Origin: Elainellaceae cyanobacterium
GTDB lineage: Bacteria; Cyanobacteriota; Cyanobacteriia; CAZCXK01
Length of the DNA: 64,000 bases
Direction of reading: 5' to 3'
NCBI GenBank assembly: GCA_051117555.1
Contig: JBNPEG010000184.1
Coordinates: 24 to 64,023 of the forward strand
Below the pieces are notes generated by a model. It had not been told where the DNA came from. It searched no databases and worked only from the letters and a program-made list of their open reading frames with translations. Positions 25,852 to 35,259 of the stretch are shown here, piece by piece. A program made the translations under genes and the position numbers. Numbering within the stretch: the stretch's first letter is position 1; each line of letters starts with the position of its first letter.

Positions 25852-26652
25852 TTGATCATGACTATTCCGGCTTATCCTTCGGCAGCGATCGCCCATTTCT
25901 CAGATGGTCATAACATCTTGGGGAAACTGCCGCTTGAAGCACGAGAATGGGTAGAAAGCTTGTCTTGGCAGCAACGACGATATGTTCTTTCTCTATGTCA
26001 TTTCATTTGTGCTGCTTCACCCGAAGCTCAGGCTGAGTTTCTAAATAATTACACAGCCGACGGTCTCGTTTCTAAAAAGCTAGAAGACCGAGATACCCGT
26101 CAGAGGGTAACCAGTTATTTAAGACAACTTCGAATTGAGACAGAATTAACGGCACCCGTCTTGCGGCGATATATTCGTCAGTTTTATATTCACTCCGCTC
26201 AGGATGCCCGTCGACAGCCTGACTTATATTTAGAATCGGCTCTCAGGCTCGTCTTTAACACTGAAGAACGCAATAACGTGTTTAATTACGTTTTAGGGTT
26301 TGAACTGTTTCGCATGCTGTTTTGCATGAGTTGGCAGCAGCATGAGCGGCTCTATCGCCTCCAGCGAAACCAGGAAGATTTTATCAACACTTACATCAAA
26401 CCAGTTCAGCACACGCATCGAATCAACGGGATCATCGTCCCTAGAGATGAAGGCATTTTTTTTGCGAAACGGGATTATTTTGTGCAAGTGCCAAAAATGT
26501 CTGATAAAAAACTCGTTGAGCTGATCATGGCAACCTTTACCACTGATAAAACAACCCGATTTGGATTTTCGATCATTCGGCATCCTAATGCGTTGATGTT
26601 TGATTATGACTATATTTTTGCGCCGGAGCCCGACGTCATTTTCTCGACCTGA
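25852..26652 (+). CDS. Hypothetical protein (266 aa), no recognisable domain.
   Basis: It is a long ORF preceded by an AT-rich leader. Its GC content looks lower than that of its neighbours. Confidence 0.5.
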   Translation: MIMTIPAYPSAAIAHFSDGHNILGKLPLEAREWVESLSWQQRRYVLSLCHFICAASPEAQAEFLNNYTADGLVSKKLEDRDTRQRVTSYLRQLRIETELTAPVLRRYIRQFYIHSAQDARRQPDLYLESALRLVFNTEERNNVFNYVLGFELFRMLFCMSWQQHERLYRLQRNQEDFINTYIKPVQHTHRINGIIVPRDEGIFFAKRDYFVQVPKMSDKKLVELIMATFTTDKTTRFGFSIIRHPNALMFDYDYIFAPEPDVIFST

Positions 26653-26753
26653 GATGCGCTCTGGGGGCTGTCCAATGGGTGTTTGCTCTATTACTGGTAA
26701 GGTAGTTCAGTAGTGAATGCTGACGAACACTATCGGGAACTAGTAGAAAGAGC

Positions 26754-27608
26754 ATGGGATTTTACATCGGGTGTGCAGTTTGGGCATATAAAGATTGGGT
26801 TGGGAGTTTTTATCCGTCGAGGAGTCGAGCGTCAGACTTTCTACGTCTCTACAGTCAGCGCTTAACGACTGTCGAAGGAAACACGACCTTCTATTCGATT
26901 CCCAAGGCAGAAACGGTGACGCGCTGGGCGAATGAAACACCCTCTAGCTTCAAATTTTGTCTCAAGTTTCCCCGCAGTATTACCCACCAGGGAATGCTGA
27001 TGCCTCAGCTCAACGAGGCGATCGCCTTTATTAACCACATGCAACTCCTCGGATCACGCTTGGGGCCTATCTTTGCTCAACTGCCACCCAGCTATCATCC
27101 CCATCATTTAGATGACTTAATCACATTTTTAGACTCCTTACCGCATCACGATCTGCCGTTTGCGGTGGAAGTGCGCCACGCTGATTGGTTTGAGTCGCCT
27201 CATGCCGAAACGTTGAATCAAGAATTATCCAAACTGGGAATTGGACGAGTGCTACTGGATTCTCGTCCTATCTATGATTGTCCAGATAATCCACAAGTAG
27301 CATCTGAACGAAAGAAGCCCCAAGTCCCGCTTCAGCGAGTTACGACAGCTAATTTTAGCCTAGTTCGATTTATTAGCCATCCTGATTTAGAGTTTAATCA
27401 CTTCTATTTGCAAGACTGGGTAACGCCAATTAATCAATGGCTTCAAGAGGAAACGGATATTTATTTCTTTGTGCATTGCCCTGATGAGGGGCGATCGCCT
27501 CACATCGCTCGGCAGTTTCAACGAATGCTGGAGCACAATAACGTGCCCGTTTCACCCTTACCGTGGAACGGGGTAGAGCCATCACTCGCTCAGCTCAGCC
27601 TATTCTAG
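26754..27608 (+). CDS. DUF72 (YecE-like) family protein.
   Basis: The N-terminal MGFYIGCAVWAYKDWVGSFYP and the FLRLYSQRLTTVEGNTTFY block are typical of DUF72/UPF0759. Confidence 0.75.
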   Translation: MGFYIGCAVWAYKDWVGSFYPSRSRASDFLRLYSQRLTTVEGNTTFYSIPKAETVTRWANETPSSFKFCLKFPRSITHQGMLMPQLNEAIAFINHMQLLGSRLGPIFAQLPPSYHPHHLDDLITFLDSLPHHDLPFAVEVRHADWFESPHAETLNQELSKLGIGRVLLDSRPIYDCPDNPQVASERKKPQVPLQRVTTANFSLVRFISHPDLEFNHFYLQDWVTPINQWLQEETDIYFFVHCPDEGRSPHIARQFQRMLEHNNVPVSPLPWNGVEPSLAQLSLF

Positions 27609-27697
27609 AAATCAACGACACCTCACCTTCAATGAAAATGGTATAAGCCTGGGATTCAAATTCTAACGATGTCTTGCTCATCCTACCTTCCTGACCT

Positions 27698-29140
27698 ATG
27701 ACCACGCGCGATCGCCCTCCAATTCAATCTGGCTCATCGGGGCACTCCTGTCCCAAAATCAATACGTTGACCATGTTTCGGCTTGGACTCTTTCAGATGG
27801 GACTGGGTGTTTTGACTGTCCTCACAGTGGGTGTTCTCAATCGAGTCATGATCACCGAATTGTCGATTCCCGAAGCAATCACATCAACGGTGCTGGCAAT
27901 TTCGCTGCTCGTTGCCCCAGCCAGGATTTGGGTAGGGCAAGTGTCGGATGCCAAACCTCTAGGCAGATATCATCGCACGGGATACGTCTGGATTGGCGCA
28001 GCGTGTTTTATGGCAATTTTGCTGGCTGCCGTCCAGGTTGTCTGGCAACTGGGTGCATTGGTGCAGCTCAATGGAGGCTGGAGTTGGACGACGCCAATAA
28101 TTGGATGGACGGCACTTTTAGCACTCCTGATGGGGCTGTATGGCTTGGTAACCAGCCTGAGTTCTACCTCATTTTTTGCGTTACTCGTGGATGTGTCTGA
28201 CGATGATGATCGTGGCAAACTGATTGGGATTGTCTGGACGATGCTCATGGTCGGGTTAGCCATTGGCGGAATTAGCAGCAAAATTTTGCTCAGTCCATTA
28301 GACGATATCAATGCCTCCATTGACCTAGTGCAACGCTCAGTGACCCATCTATTTTGGGTAGTGCCGCTGATTGTGTTTGGGCTGGCGATCGCAGCCACAG
28401 TCGGGGTAGAAACGAAATATTCTAGATATTCATATCGCTCAATGGCCGTTAACCGAGAAGACCAAATTACCCTGGGCGCTGCGCTACGAGTGTTAACGGC
28501 AAGTCGTCAAACGGTGATCTTCTTTGTGTTCTTGCTGATGATGACATTTAGCCTATTTCTGCAAGAAACTGTGTTAGAGCCTTATGGGGGCGAAGTGTTT
28601 CAGATGTCAATTCCTGAAACATCGTTGCTCAATACCTATTGGGCGATAGGGCTATTGCTAAGCCTAAGCGCAACGGGGTTTTTCCTCATTCCCCGCCTGG
28701 GCAAGCGACGAACCACAAAATTAGGCTGTTTGGCAGTCGCGTTTTCGTTCTTTTTAATTATTTTGTCGGGTTTCACAGCCAATGAAAATATGCTGAGACT
28801 TGCCCTAGTGTTATTTGGTATGGCAACCGGAATTTTGACCACCGGAGCCTTGAGCCTAACGCTTGATCTCACTGCGGCTGAAACGGCTGGAACGTTTAGC
28901 GGTGCGTGGGGGTTGGCACAGTCAATGGCGCGAGGGGTTGCCGTTGCCGGAGGTGGCTATGTTCTTGGGTTTGGAAAGATGATATTCGACTCTCCTGTTT
29001 TGGCATATGGGGTGGTATTCAGTCTGCAAGCCATCGGCATGGTGTTAGCCATCGGGGTCTTAAATCGCGTCAACGTCCAAGAATTCCGCTCAACTACTAA
29101 CGAGGCGATCGCCACCGTATTGAAAAATGACCTAGATTGA
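27698..29140 (+). CDS. PucC/BCD-family MFS transporter-like membrane protein.
   Basis: It has about 12 predicted TM helices. The N-terminal signature is MFRLGLFQMGLGVLTVLTVGVLNRVMITEL, characteristic of the PucC (bacteriochlorophyll delivery) MFS subfamily. Confidence 0.65.
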   Translation: MTTRDRPPIQSGSSGHSCPKINTLTMFRLGLFQMGLGVLTVLTVGVLNRVMITELSIPEAITSTVLAISLLVAPARIWVGQVSDAKPLGRYHRTGYVWIGAACFMAILLAAVQVVWQLGALVQLNGGWSWTTPIIGWTALLALLMGLYGLVTSLSSTSFFALLVDVSDDDDRGKLIGIVWTMLMVGLAIGGISSKILLSPLDDINASIDLVQRSVTHLFWVVPLIVFGLAIAATVGVETKYSRYSYRSMAVNREDQITLGAALRVLTASRQTVIFFVFLLMMTFSLFLQETVLEPYGGEVFQMSIPETSLLNTYWAIGLLLSLSATGFFLIPRLGKRRTTKLGCLAVAFSFFLIILSGFTANENMLRLALVLFGMATGILTTGALSLTLDLTAAETAGTFSGAWGLAQSMARGVAVAGGGYVLGFGKMIFDSPVLAYGVVFSLQAIGMVLAIGVLNRVNVQEFRSTTNEAIATVLKNDLD

Positions 29141-29198
29141 AGTCATCTGAAGAGGCCGATCGCCCCCTCTTTCATCCCTTATTCTCTATTCCCTCACC

Positions 29199-30014
29199 AT
29201 GAGCTTTTGGACTGAAATTCTGACCTTTTCCGAACAAACGACTCATCGAGTTGGCAAACAATTGCTAGACGACTTTGGTTCTGCTCAAGCGAGTGAAAAA
29301 GCCGATGGCAGCTTAGTCACGCGATCGGACAAATGGGCTGACGAAGAATTGAGACGATCTATTTTGAACGCATTTCCCAGTCATGGAGTGCTCAGTGAAG
29401 AAGTCGAGCATGTTTTTCCAGAGACAGACTGGTGTTGGATTATTGACCCTATTGATGGCACCACCAACTTCACGCGCGGCATTCCACTATGGGGCATTTC
29501 ATTGGGGGTGCTTTATCACGGTACTCCTGTCTTTGGATATGTGTATTTGCCCCCGCTTAACTACGCATTTTATGGCTATTGGTCAGGAGCGTCAGGGTTA
29601 GATATGCCGTCAGGCGCTTTTCTGAATGGTCAACCCATTCAGAAAAGCACAGATGCGCCCTCATCCAATCATTTTTTTAGCTTGTGTGCCCGTAGCATAA
29701 AGGTCTTGCAGAATCCGGAGCCGTTCCCGTGCAAGATTCGGATGTTAGGCATTGCAACCTATAATTTGCTGACAGTGGCGATGGGAACCGCGCTGGGCGG
29801 CGTAGAAGCTACGCCTAAAATCTGGGACATCGCGGCAATTTGGGCGATCGCCCACGCTGCTGGGGCGATTTGGGTGCCGCTCGATGAAAATCCTGTGTTT
29901 CCACTCCAAGCCGGACACGATTATGGCACGCGATCGTTCCCCACACTGGTTGTGAGCCAAGATGAATGGGTGCCGCTATTTCAAAACCGAGTACAAGTCG
30001 TTATTAATCGCTAA
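29199..30014 (+). CDS. Inositol monophosphatase family protein (IMPase/SuhB/CysQ-like).
   Basis: The metal-binding motifs EE(x)... and WIIDPIDGTTNF are present, along with the C-terminal WDIAA motif. Confidence 0.85.
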   Translation: MSFWTEILTFSEQTTHRVGKQLLDDFGSAQASEKADGSLVTRSDKWADEELRRSILNAFPSHGVLSEEVEHVFPETDWCWIIDPIDGTTNFTRGIPLWGISLGVLYHGTPVFGYVYLPPLNYAFYGYWSGASGLDMPSGAFLNGQPIQKSTDAPSSNHFFSLCARSIKVLQNPEPFPCKIRMLGIATYNLLTVAMGTALGGVEATPKIWDIAAIWAIAHAAGAIWVPLDENPVFPLQAGHDYGTRSFPTLVVSQDEWVPLFQNRVQVVINR

Positions 30015-30033
30015 GCAAACAGGGGCAGCACGT

Positions 30034-30588
30034 GTGAATTTGATCACCGCCAAATGGAGCATCAAGGACTATCACCAGATGATTGCGGCTGGCATCTTAG
30101 AGACTCGTCATGTCGAATTAATCGATGGAGAAATTGTGGAGATGGCTCCTGAAGGTGAAGCCCATGCATACCTCAGCGATGAAGCCGGGGAATATTTGAT
30201 CTATGTGTTGGGCGATCGCGCAAAAGTTCGTCAGGGTAAGCCCATCACATTGCCCAACAGCAACTCAGAGCCAGAGCCCGATATCTCGATTGTTCAACGA
30301 TTAGGACCTGATTATCGAGAACATCATCCCTATCCTGAAAACATCTTTTGGGTCATCAAATATTCAGAATCGAGCTTGATCAAAGATTTAGAGGTCAAAC
30401 CCAAAATCTATTCAGCAGCCGGAATCTCCGAGTATTGGGTCATTAATCTCCGCACTCTCCAATTGACGGTCTTTCGTGACCCCAGCGACGACGGATATCA
30501 ATCTAGAGAAATCTTAAGTCAAGGTACGATTTGCCCGTTGGCGTTTCCTGCGATTGACATCTCAATCCAGCGATTAGTGGGCAATTAA
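30034..30588 (+). CDS. Uma2-family (DUF820) putative restriction-endonuclease-like protein.
   Basis: Family hallmarks are ITLPNSNSEPEPDISIV...YWVINL and the acidic patch ELIDGEIVEMAPEGE. I chose the in-frame GTG at 30034, which avoids overlap with the upstream gene. The listed ORF begins at 29962. Confidence 0.7.
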   Translation: MNLITAKWSIKDYHQMIAAGILETRHVELIDGEIVEMAPEGEAHAYLSDEAGEYLIYVLGDRAKVRQGKPITLPNSNSEPEPDISIVQRLGPDYREHHPYPENIFWVIKYSESSLIKDLEVKPKIYSAAGISEYWVINLRTLQLTVFRDPSDDGYQSREILSQGTICPLAFPAIDISIQRLVGN

Positions 30589-32069
30589 GTCGATGGAATT
30601 GATTCTATTGGAGTTGATTCTAATTGCCAAACCCGAATTGTTTCATCAGCACTAGCGCTAGCAAGCAGTTGACCATCTGAGCTAAAATTCACCGCTAAAA
30701 CAGCATCATCATGGTCAGTTAGCGTATGTTGTAACCCTTCAGATGACCAAATTTTTACTGTATGGTCATCGCCGCCGCTGGCAAATAGCTCCCCGTTAGC
30801 TTGCGTGGCGATCGCCCAAATCTTGCCCATATGCCCAACTTGCGTATCTGTCAAAATCGCCTGGTCAATCGTCCAGCGCTGAATTTCTCCGGAGTTATTC
30901 CCGAGCAATACATCCTGCTGATCACGGCTCATCGCTAGCGCCAGAATTTGATGGTCAGGATTGGCAATAGTCTGAACCAAGGTTCCGGTCTGTAAATCCC
31001 ACACCTTAAGGCACTGATCGTCTCCACCACTGACCAAAATGCGGCTGTCAGAACTAAGGGCGATCGCCCTGATGGGGGCTGAGTGACCAACTAGCGTGCG
31101 GATTAGTTTTCCGGATGTTATATCCCAAACCCCAATTTGATGATCCCATCCTGCACTAATCAAAGTATGGCGATTTGGAGTAAATACAACGGATGTGACG
31201 ATATCTGAATGTCCGGCCAGGATGCGAATCAAACTCCCCGTGCGGAGGTGCCAAAGTTTGATGGTGCAGTCTTTGCTTCCGCTCGCCAAGATTTGCCCAT
31301 CTGGACTCATCGCTAAGCACTGCACCGCGGCTGAATGCCCCTCTAGTGTGGCAAAGCATTCCCGAGTGCGGAGATTCCACAAGCCAATTGTGCCATCTCG
31401 GCTACCGCTCGCCAGCATCTTGTTTCCTTGAACAACGACAACGCTGGTCACGCTGTCGGAATGCCCGATTAGGGTATGCACGCATTCCCACGAACACTGG
31501 AGTGTCGAGAGTGGTTCTTGGGAGGAAGAGGGCATTGGAGACTGAGCTTCGGGTGAAGAATGTCGTTCAGCAGGTTGCGTGGATTCAACGGTTTGCTTTA
31601 ATTCGAGCTGGTTTGCTTTCAACAAATCAGATTCAGCTCGATTCTCATATCCCAATACCGAAAAGACGAGTCCTCGATAGCGATACGCTTCTGCATAGTT
31701 TGGATTGAGGCGAATTGCCATCGTGAACGCATCAATGGCATTTTGATAGTCTCGCTGTTTCGCATTTTCCGCGCCCTGATTGTAATAACGTTCAGGATTG
31801 GTCGGTCGAGTTGAGTAGGTGTTTAGCTGAGACGATGGCGTCGATCGTGAAACGACATCGTTCAATGGTTTAGAAACAATTCGCAATGCCTGATATGCCT
31901 CATTCAGCCGTTTGATCAATTCTTCGGCTATTTGCTGTTTTTCAGGATTGTTCGGAAACCGATCAGGGTGCCATTGCTTGGCTAGCTCACGATAAGCTTG
32001 CTTTATTTCGTGTTGGGATGCCCCGGGGTGAAGCCTCAAAATTTTGTAATATTTTTGGGTATCGATCAT
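30585..32069 (-). CDS. Multidomain protein with an N-terminal DnaJ (J) domain, TPR repeats and C-terminal WD40 repeats.
   Basis: The J-domain is YYKILRLHPGASQHEIKQAYRELAKQWHPDRF (HPD motif). TPR units are present (AIDAFTMAIRLNPNYAEAYRYRG). There are about seven WD40 units (GHSDSVTSVVV...SGSRDGTIGLWNL; GHSAAVQCLAMS...SGSKDCTIKLWHL). Confidence 0.85.
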   Translation of the reverse strand: MIDTQKYYKILRLHPGASQHEIKQAYRELAKQWHPDRFPNNPEKQQIAEELIKRLNEAYQALRIVSKPLNDVVSRSTPSSQLNTYSTRPTNPERYYNQGAENAKQRDYQNAIDAFTMAIRLNPNYAEAYRYRGLVFSVLGYENRAESDLLKANQLELKQTVESTQPAERHSSPEAQSPMPSSSQEPLSTLQCSWECVHTLIGHSDSVTSVVVVQGNKMLASGSRDGTIGLWNLRTRECFATLEGHSAAVQCLAMSPDGQILASGSKDCTIKLWHLRTGSLIRILAGHSDIVTSVVFTPNRHTLISAGWDHQIGVWDITSGKLIRTLVGHSAPIRAIALSSDSRILVSGGDDQCLKVWDLQTGTLVQTIANPDHQILALAMSRDQQDVLLGNNSGEIQRWTIDQAILTDTQVGHMGKIWAIATQANGELFASGGDDHTVKIWSSEGLQHTLTDHDDAVLAVNFSSDGQLLASASADETIRVWQLESTPIESIPST

Positions 32070-32213
32070 TGCGTTCAGGCTGATTCGTCTACATCCGGGC
32101 TCTTTACATTTCAGTTTTCCCGACTAAGTGTGCTGAATCCGCATTTTATAGCAATCCTAGATGGGTTGCTCTGCTTCCTATACTCACCAACTTTCAAGGA
32201 AACCTGGTAAAAA

Positions 32214-32681
32214 ATGAATAAAATCCTTTACTTGGCCAATCCTTACGGCTTTTCTCAACAGCAGCGAACCCTTTTGCTTCCCCCCATTATTCAAATACTT
32301 GAATCCTTGGGAGCTGAGGTGTGGGAACCATTTGAGCGTAATAATCAAGTTGACATCTCAAAGCAGGGGTGGGCCTATACCGTTGCACAAGCGGATGCTC
32401 AGGATGTGAAAAATTGTGGCGGCATTTTTGCAATTGTGAATGGCACCCCGCCCGACGAAGGCGTAATGGTTGAGCTAGGAATGGCGATCGCCCTCAATAA
32501 GGCAATTTTCCTGTTCCGAGATGACTTTCGTCAGTGCGCCGACAGTGACGAATATCCCCTCAATCTAATGCTGTTCGCGGGGTTACCTCAAACCCAGTGG
32601 CAGAATTACTATTACACATCGGTCGATGAAATCAGTTCACCCCAAAAGGCTCTCTATCAATGGCTGCAAGGGAATAAGTGA
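32214..32681 (+). CDS. Nucleoside 2-deoxyribosyltransferase-like protein (NDT-like, PF05014-type fold).
   Basis: YLANPYGFS and DEGVMVELGMAIALNKAIFLF match the NDT nucleophile and substrate-binding motifs, including the conserved Glu. Confidence 0.6.
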   Translation: MNKILYLANPYGFSQQQRTLLLPPIIQILESLGAEVWEPFERNNQVDISKQGWAYTVAQADAQDVKNCGGIFAIVNGTPPDEGVMVELGMAIALNKAIFLFRDDFRQCADSDEYPLNLMLFAGLPQTQWQNYYYTSVDEISSPQKALYQWLQGNK

Positions 32682-32833
32682 CAAGACAGCGATCGCTCAG
32701 AAAAGGCCGATACTGTTTCACTCCGTAGTTAGAATTACCAACTGCCTAGCAAGATAGAGGCTTCGGCTGCTTAGGGAACACGGTCTGCCTATGTCCCCAA
32801 TGTGTAATCATTGCTACTCAAAATTCCTACGCT

Positions 32834-34255
32834 TTGAGCGAGTCTCATTACGAGTATTCGTGTAAGTTATTATTTGGAGAAGGTTTAATGGTGATGGAGA
32901 TGAGTGCTCCGGGCATGCTCGAAGGATTAGATGACGATCGCATTATTCAATTCATGACCGAACTCAATCGCCAAGGGGTTGAGTATCTGCGATTTGAGCT
33001 GCCCGACTTGCACGGTGTCTCCCGCCTCAAAGTCGTGCCAGTTGACAAGGTCGAAGGATATATTCGCAAAGGGCTTAACTTCTATGGAGGCACTCTGGCA
33101 CTAGATACAGCTTCGATAGTGGTTCCTAATTCGGGGTATCACGCCGAGCGTAAATATCAAGACCATAATCTGTTCCCTGATCTGGATACGTTAACGATAG
33201 TTCCTTGGCTTGAGAAAACCGCGAAAGTTATTTGTGATCCGTATTGGAGCCCTGCCGAACCTCTGCAAGCAGCTCCCCGTCGAGTGCTCAAAAATCTGCT
33301 GGCATACGCTCATCAATTGGGCTTTGATGTCCTGATGGGGCACGAATTTGAGTTTTATCTATTAGATGCCAAAACAAAAACTCCTCTATTTGAGGGGCTG
33401 CATATTTTCAACCACATTCGTAACCAATATGTGCCTGAACTCGATCAAATGCTTGCTTATCTTCAAGCATCTGGAATTGATGTGATCACCCATAACTGCG
33501 AATACGCCCCATCTCAGTTTGAAATTAATTATGGTGCATCAACAGGAATCAAAGGCGCAGATAAAGCGTTTACCTTCAAAAATGCGGTGAAAGAAATCGC
33601 GCATCGGCTAGGCTATCAGGCAACCTTTATGTCTAAACCTTTCGAAGCAACGGCGGGGTGCTGTTGCCACTTTCATGTCAGCTTGTGGAATGCGGGCACC
33701 GATACCAATGAATTCCTAGATCCCCACGATGAACTAGGGCTATCTGCCATAGCCAAGTCGTTTATTCAGGGCATTCTCGATCATGCTCCGGCAATGATGG
33801 CACTGATTGGGCCTACCCCAAATTGCTACCGTCGCCTCAAGCCCCATACCTTTGCTCCGTCAAACATTAGTTGGGGCATCGAAGATCGATCGGCCATGGT
33901 GAGAGTAAAGGCGACTCGTGATGAAGGCACTCATATCGAAATGCGGGCAGCATCCGGATTAAGCAATCCCTATTTGACGGCTGCAGCAACCCTGGCTGCG
34001 GGGCTTTTAGGTATTAAGAATCAGAGTGTCTTGCAGCCGATGGCCAAGGGGCCCAGTGAAGATGATCCCGATTTACCCAAACTTCCGGCCACGCTTGATG
34101 TTGCTTTAGACGCATTGAGTGCTGATACGGACATGCAAGAACAGCTAGGAACTGATTTCTCCCATCTATTTGCTACAGTCAAACGCTTTGAGCTGACTCG
34201 TTTTCATGACCACATTACTGAGTGGGAGAAACATGAATATATGGAGATCTATTAA
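32834..34255 (+). CDS. Glutamine synthetase family protein (GlnA-like catalytic domain; possibly a gamma-glutamyl-amine ligase).
   Basis: GS catalytic-domain blocks are GHEFEFYL, the ATP-binding TFMSKPF...CHFHVSLWN and ANPYL. The true start may be internal (MLEGLDD). Confidence 0.75.
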   Translation: MSESHYEYSCKLLFGEGLMVMEMSAPGMLEGLDDDRIIQFMTELNRQGVEYLRFELPDLHGVSRLKVVPVDKVEGYIRKGLNFYGGTLALDTASIVVPNSGYHAERKYQDHNLFPDLDTLTIVPWLEKTAKVICDPYWSPAEPLQAAPRRVLKNLLAYAHQLGFDVLMGHEFEFYLLDAKTKTPLFEGLHIFNHIRNQYVPELDQMLAYLQASGIDVITHNCEYAPSQFEINYGASTGIKGADKAFTFKNAVKEIAHRLGYQATFMSKPFEATAGCCCHFHVSLWNAGTDTNEFLDPHDELGLSAIAKSFIQGILDHAPAMMALIGPTPNCYRRLKPHTFAPSNISWGIEDRSAMVRVKATRDEGTHIEMRAASGLSNPYLTAAATLAAGLLGIKNQSVLQPMAKGPSEDDPDLPKLPATLDVALDALSADTDMQEQLGTDFSHLFATVKRFELTRFHDHITEWEKHEYMEIY

Positions 34256-34317
34256 TCGGGCAGCGATCGCCTAGCTGAGCGATCGCCCATTGGATAGCTG
34301 CTCTTCTCTCTATCCAG

Positions 34318-34755
34318 CTACATCTTGATTTGGTGCATTCCCCCAACTGTCACTAAGAGTTGGCGATCGCGCTGAAGAATTTGATTAGACGGCTCAAGAC
34401 GAATTGCATAATCCATCGACAAAATAGCCTCATCATACCGGTTTAATTGGGCAAGGCATTCCGCCCGAATAGCCCATAATCCTGAAGCTTGAGGAATGTA
34501 CCGGAGCGCTTGGCTTAAATCTTCGAGAGCCTGTTGATAGTGACCCTCTTGATAGTGCTTAATTCCGGTGTCCGAAAGTTCTTGAAATATCTTTTCTTGA
34601 GCTTCTTGCTCAAATTTAGGAGACTCTACGGCCCCATTTTTACGGATTGGAACTCCCCTGTAAGTAATAGGGGGCAGCGGAGATGAGGGAGGAGGGGAAG
34701 ACGATTCTTCTGCCCTACGTTGCTGATATCGGTTACCACGATAGTTTAGTTCCAT
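34318..34755 (-). CDS. Small TPR-repeat protein.
   Basis: TPR units are present (HYQQALEDLSQALRYIPQASGLWAIRAECLAQLNRYDEAILSMDYAIRLEP). The N-terminus is Pro/Ser-rich. Confidence 0.65.
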   Translation of the reverse strand: MELNYRGNRYQQRRAEESSSPPPSSPLPPITYRGVPIRKNGAVESPKFEQEAQEKIFQELSDTGIKHYQEGHYQQALEDLSQALRYIPQASGLWAIRAECLAQLNRYDEAILSMDYAIRLEPSNQILQRDRQLLVTVGGMHQIKM

Positions 34756-35259
34756 AGTTTATGCCCTTAATCCCAGGAAAACTCACGACAATTAGATTAA
34801 ATATTTAATGCTTAAGGAAAGAAATTCCTTCGAGAAATCAAAAGAATAAAGTGTAGGGGCTTAACAAGCTTTAATAAAGCATGTATTCGCTGAGAAATAC
34901 ACTGGTATGTACACGTCTTTACGTAAAAAAAATGCGATCTTGTAGACATCTCAAATCCTTTGAACGGAATAAATTCAGCCTTTCCACCGAGACACTATGG
35001 TGGTATGCACTTGGGTGGAAATATGCGTATAATTCGATACACTCATTCGGGTAGCCAGGATTAAAACTGACACATGCGGTGGTTTTGATACATCGATCAT
35101 CAATTAGGTTTAGACTTTGAGCGGGCAGCATGTGCGTTTTAGATTTTGAGATAAAAATTTGAAATTCTTCGCACAAGGGTTCATTGTGGTAGTATCTTGT
35201 ATGGTTCGAAGCCTTACGCTGCCCCGTTCATTGAACCTGTGGTGTAGGAGACAGCAGGA

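Noticed and set aside
30585-32069. The J-domain/TPR/WD40 protein as part of a defence (STAND/WD40-sensor) system.
   Set aside because: No nuclease, NTPase or other effector domain is fused or adjacent in operon. The architecture is common among cyanobacterial scaffold proteins.
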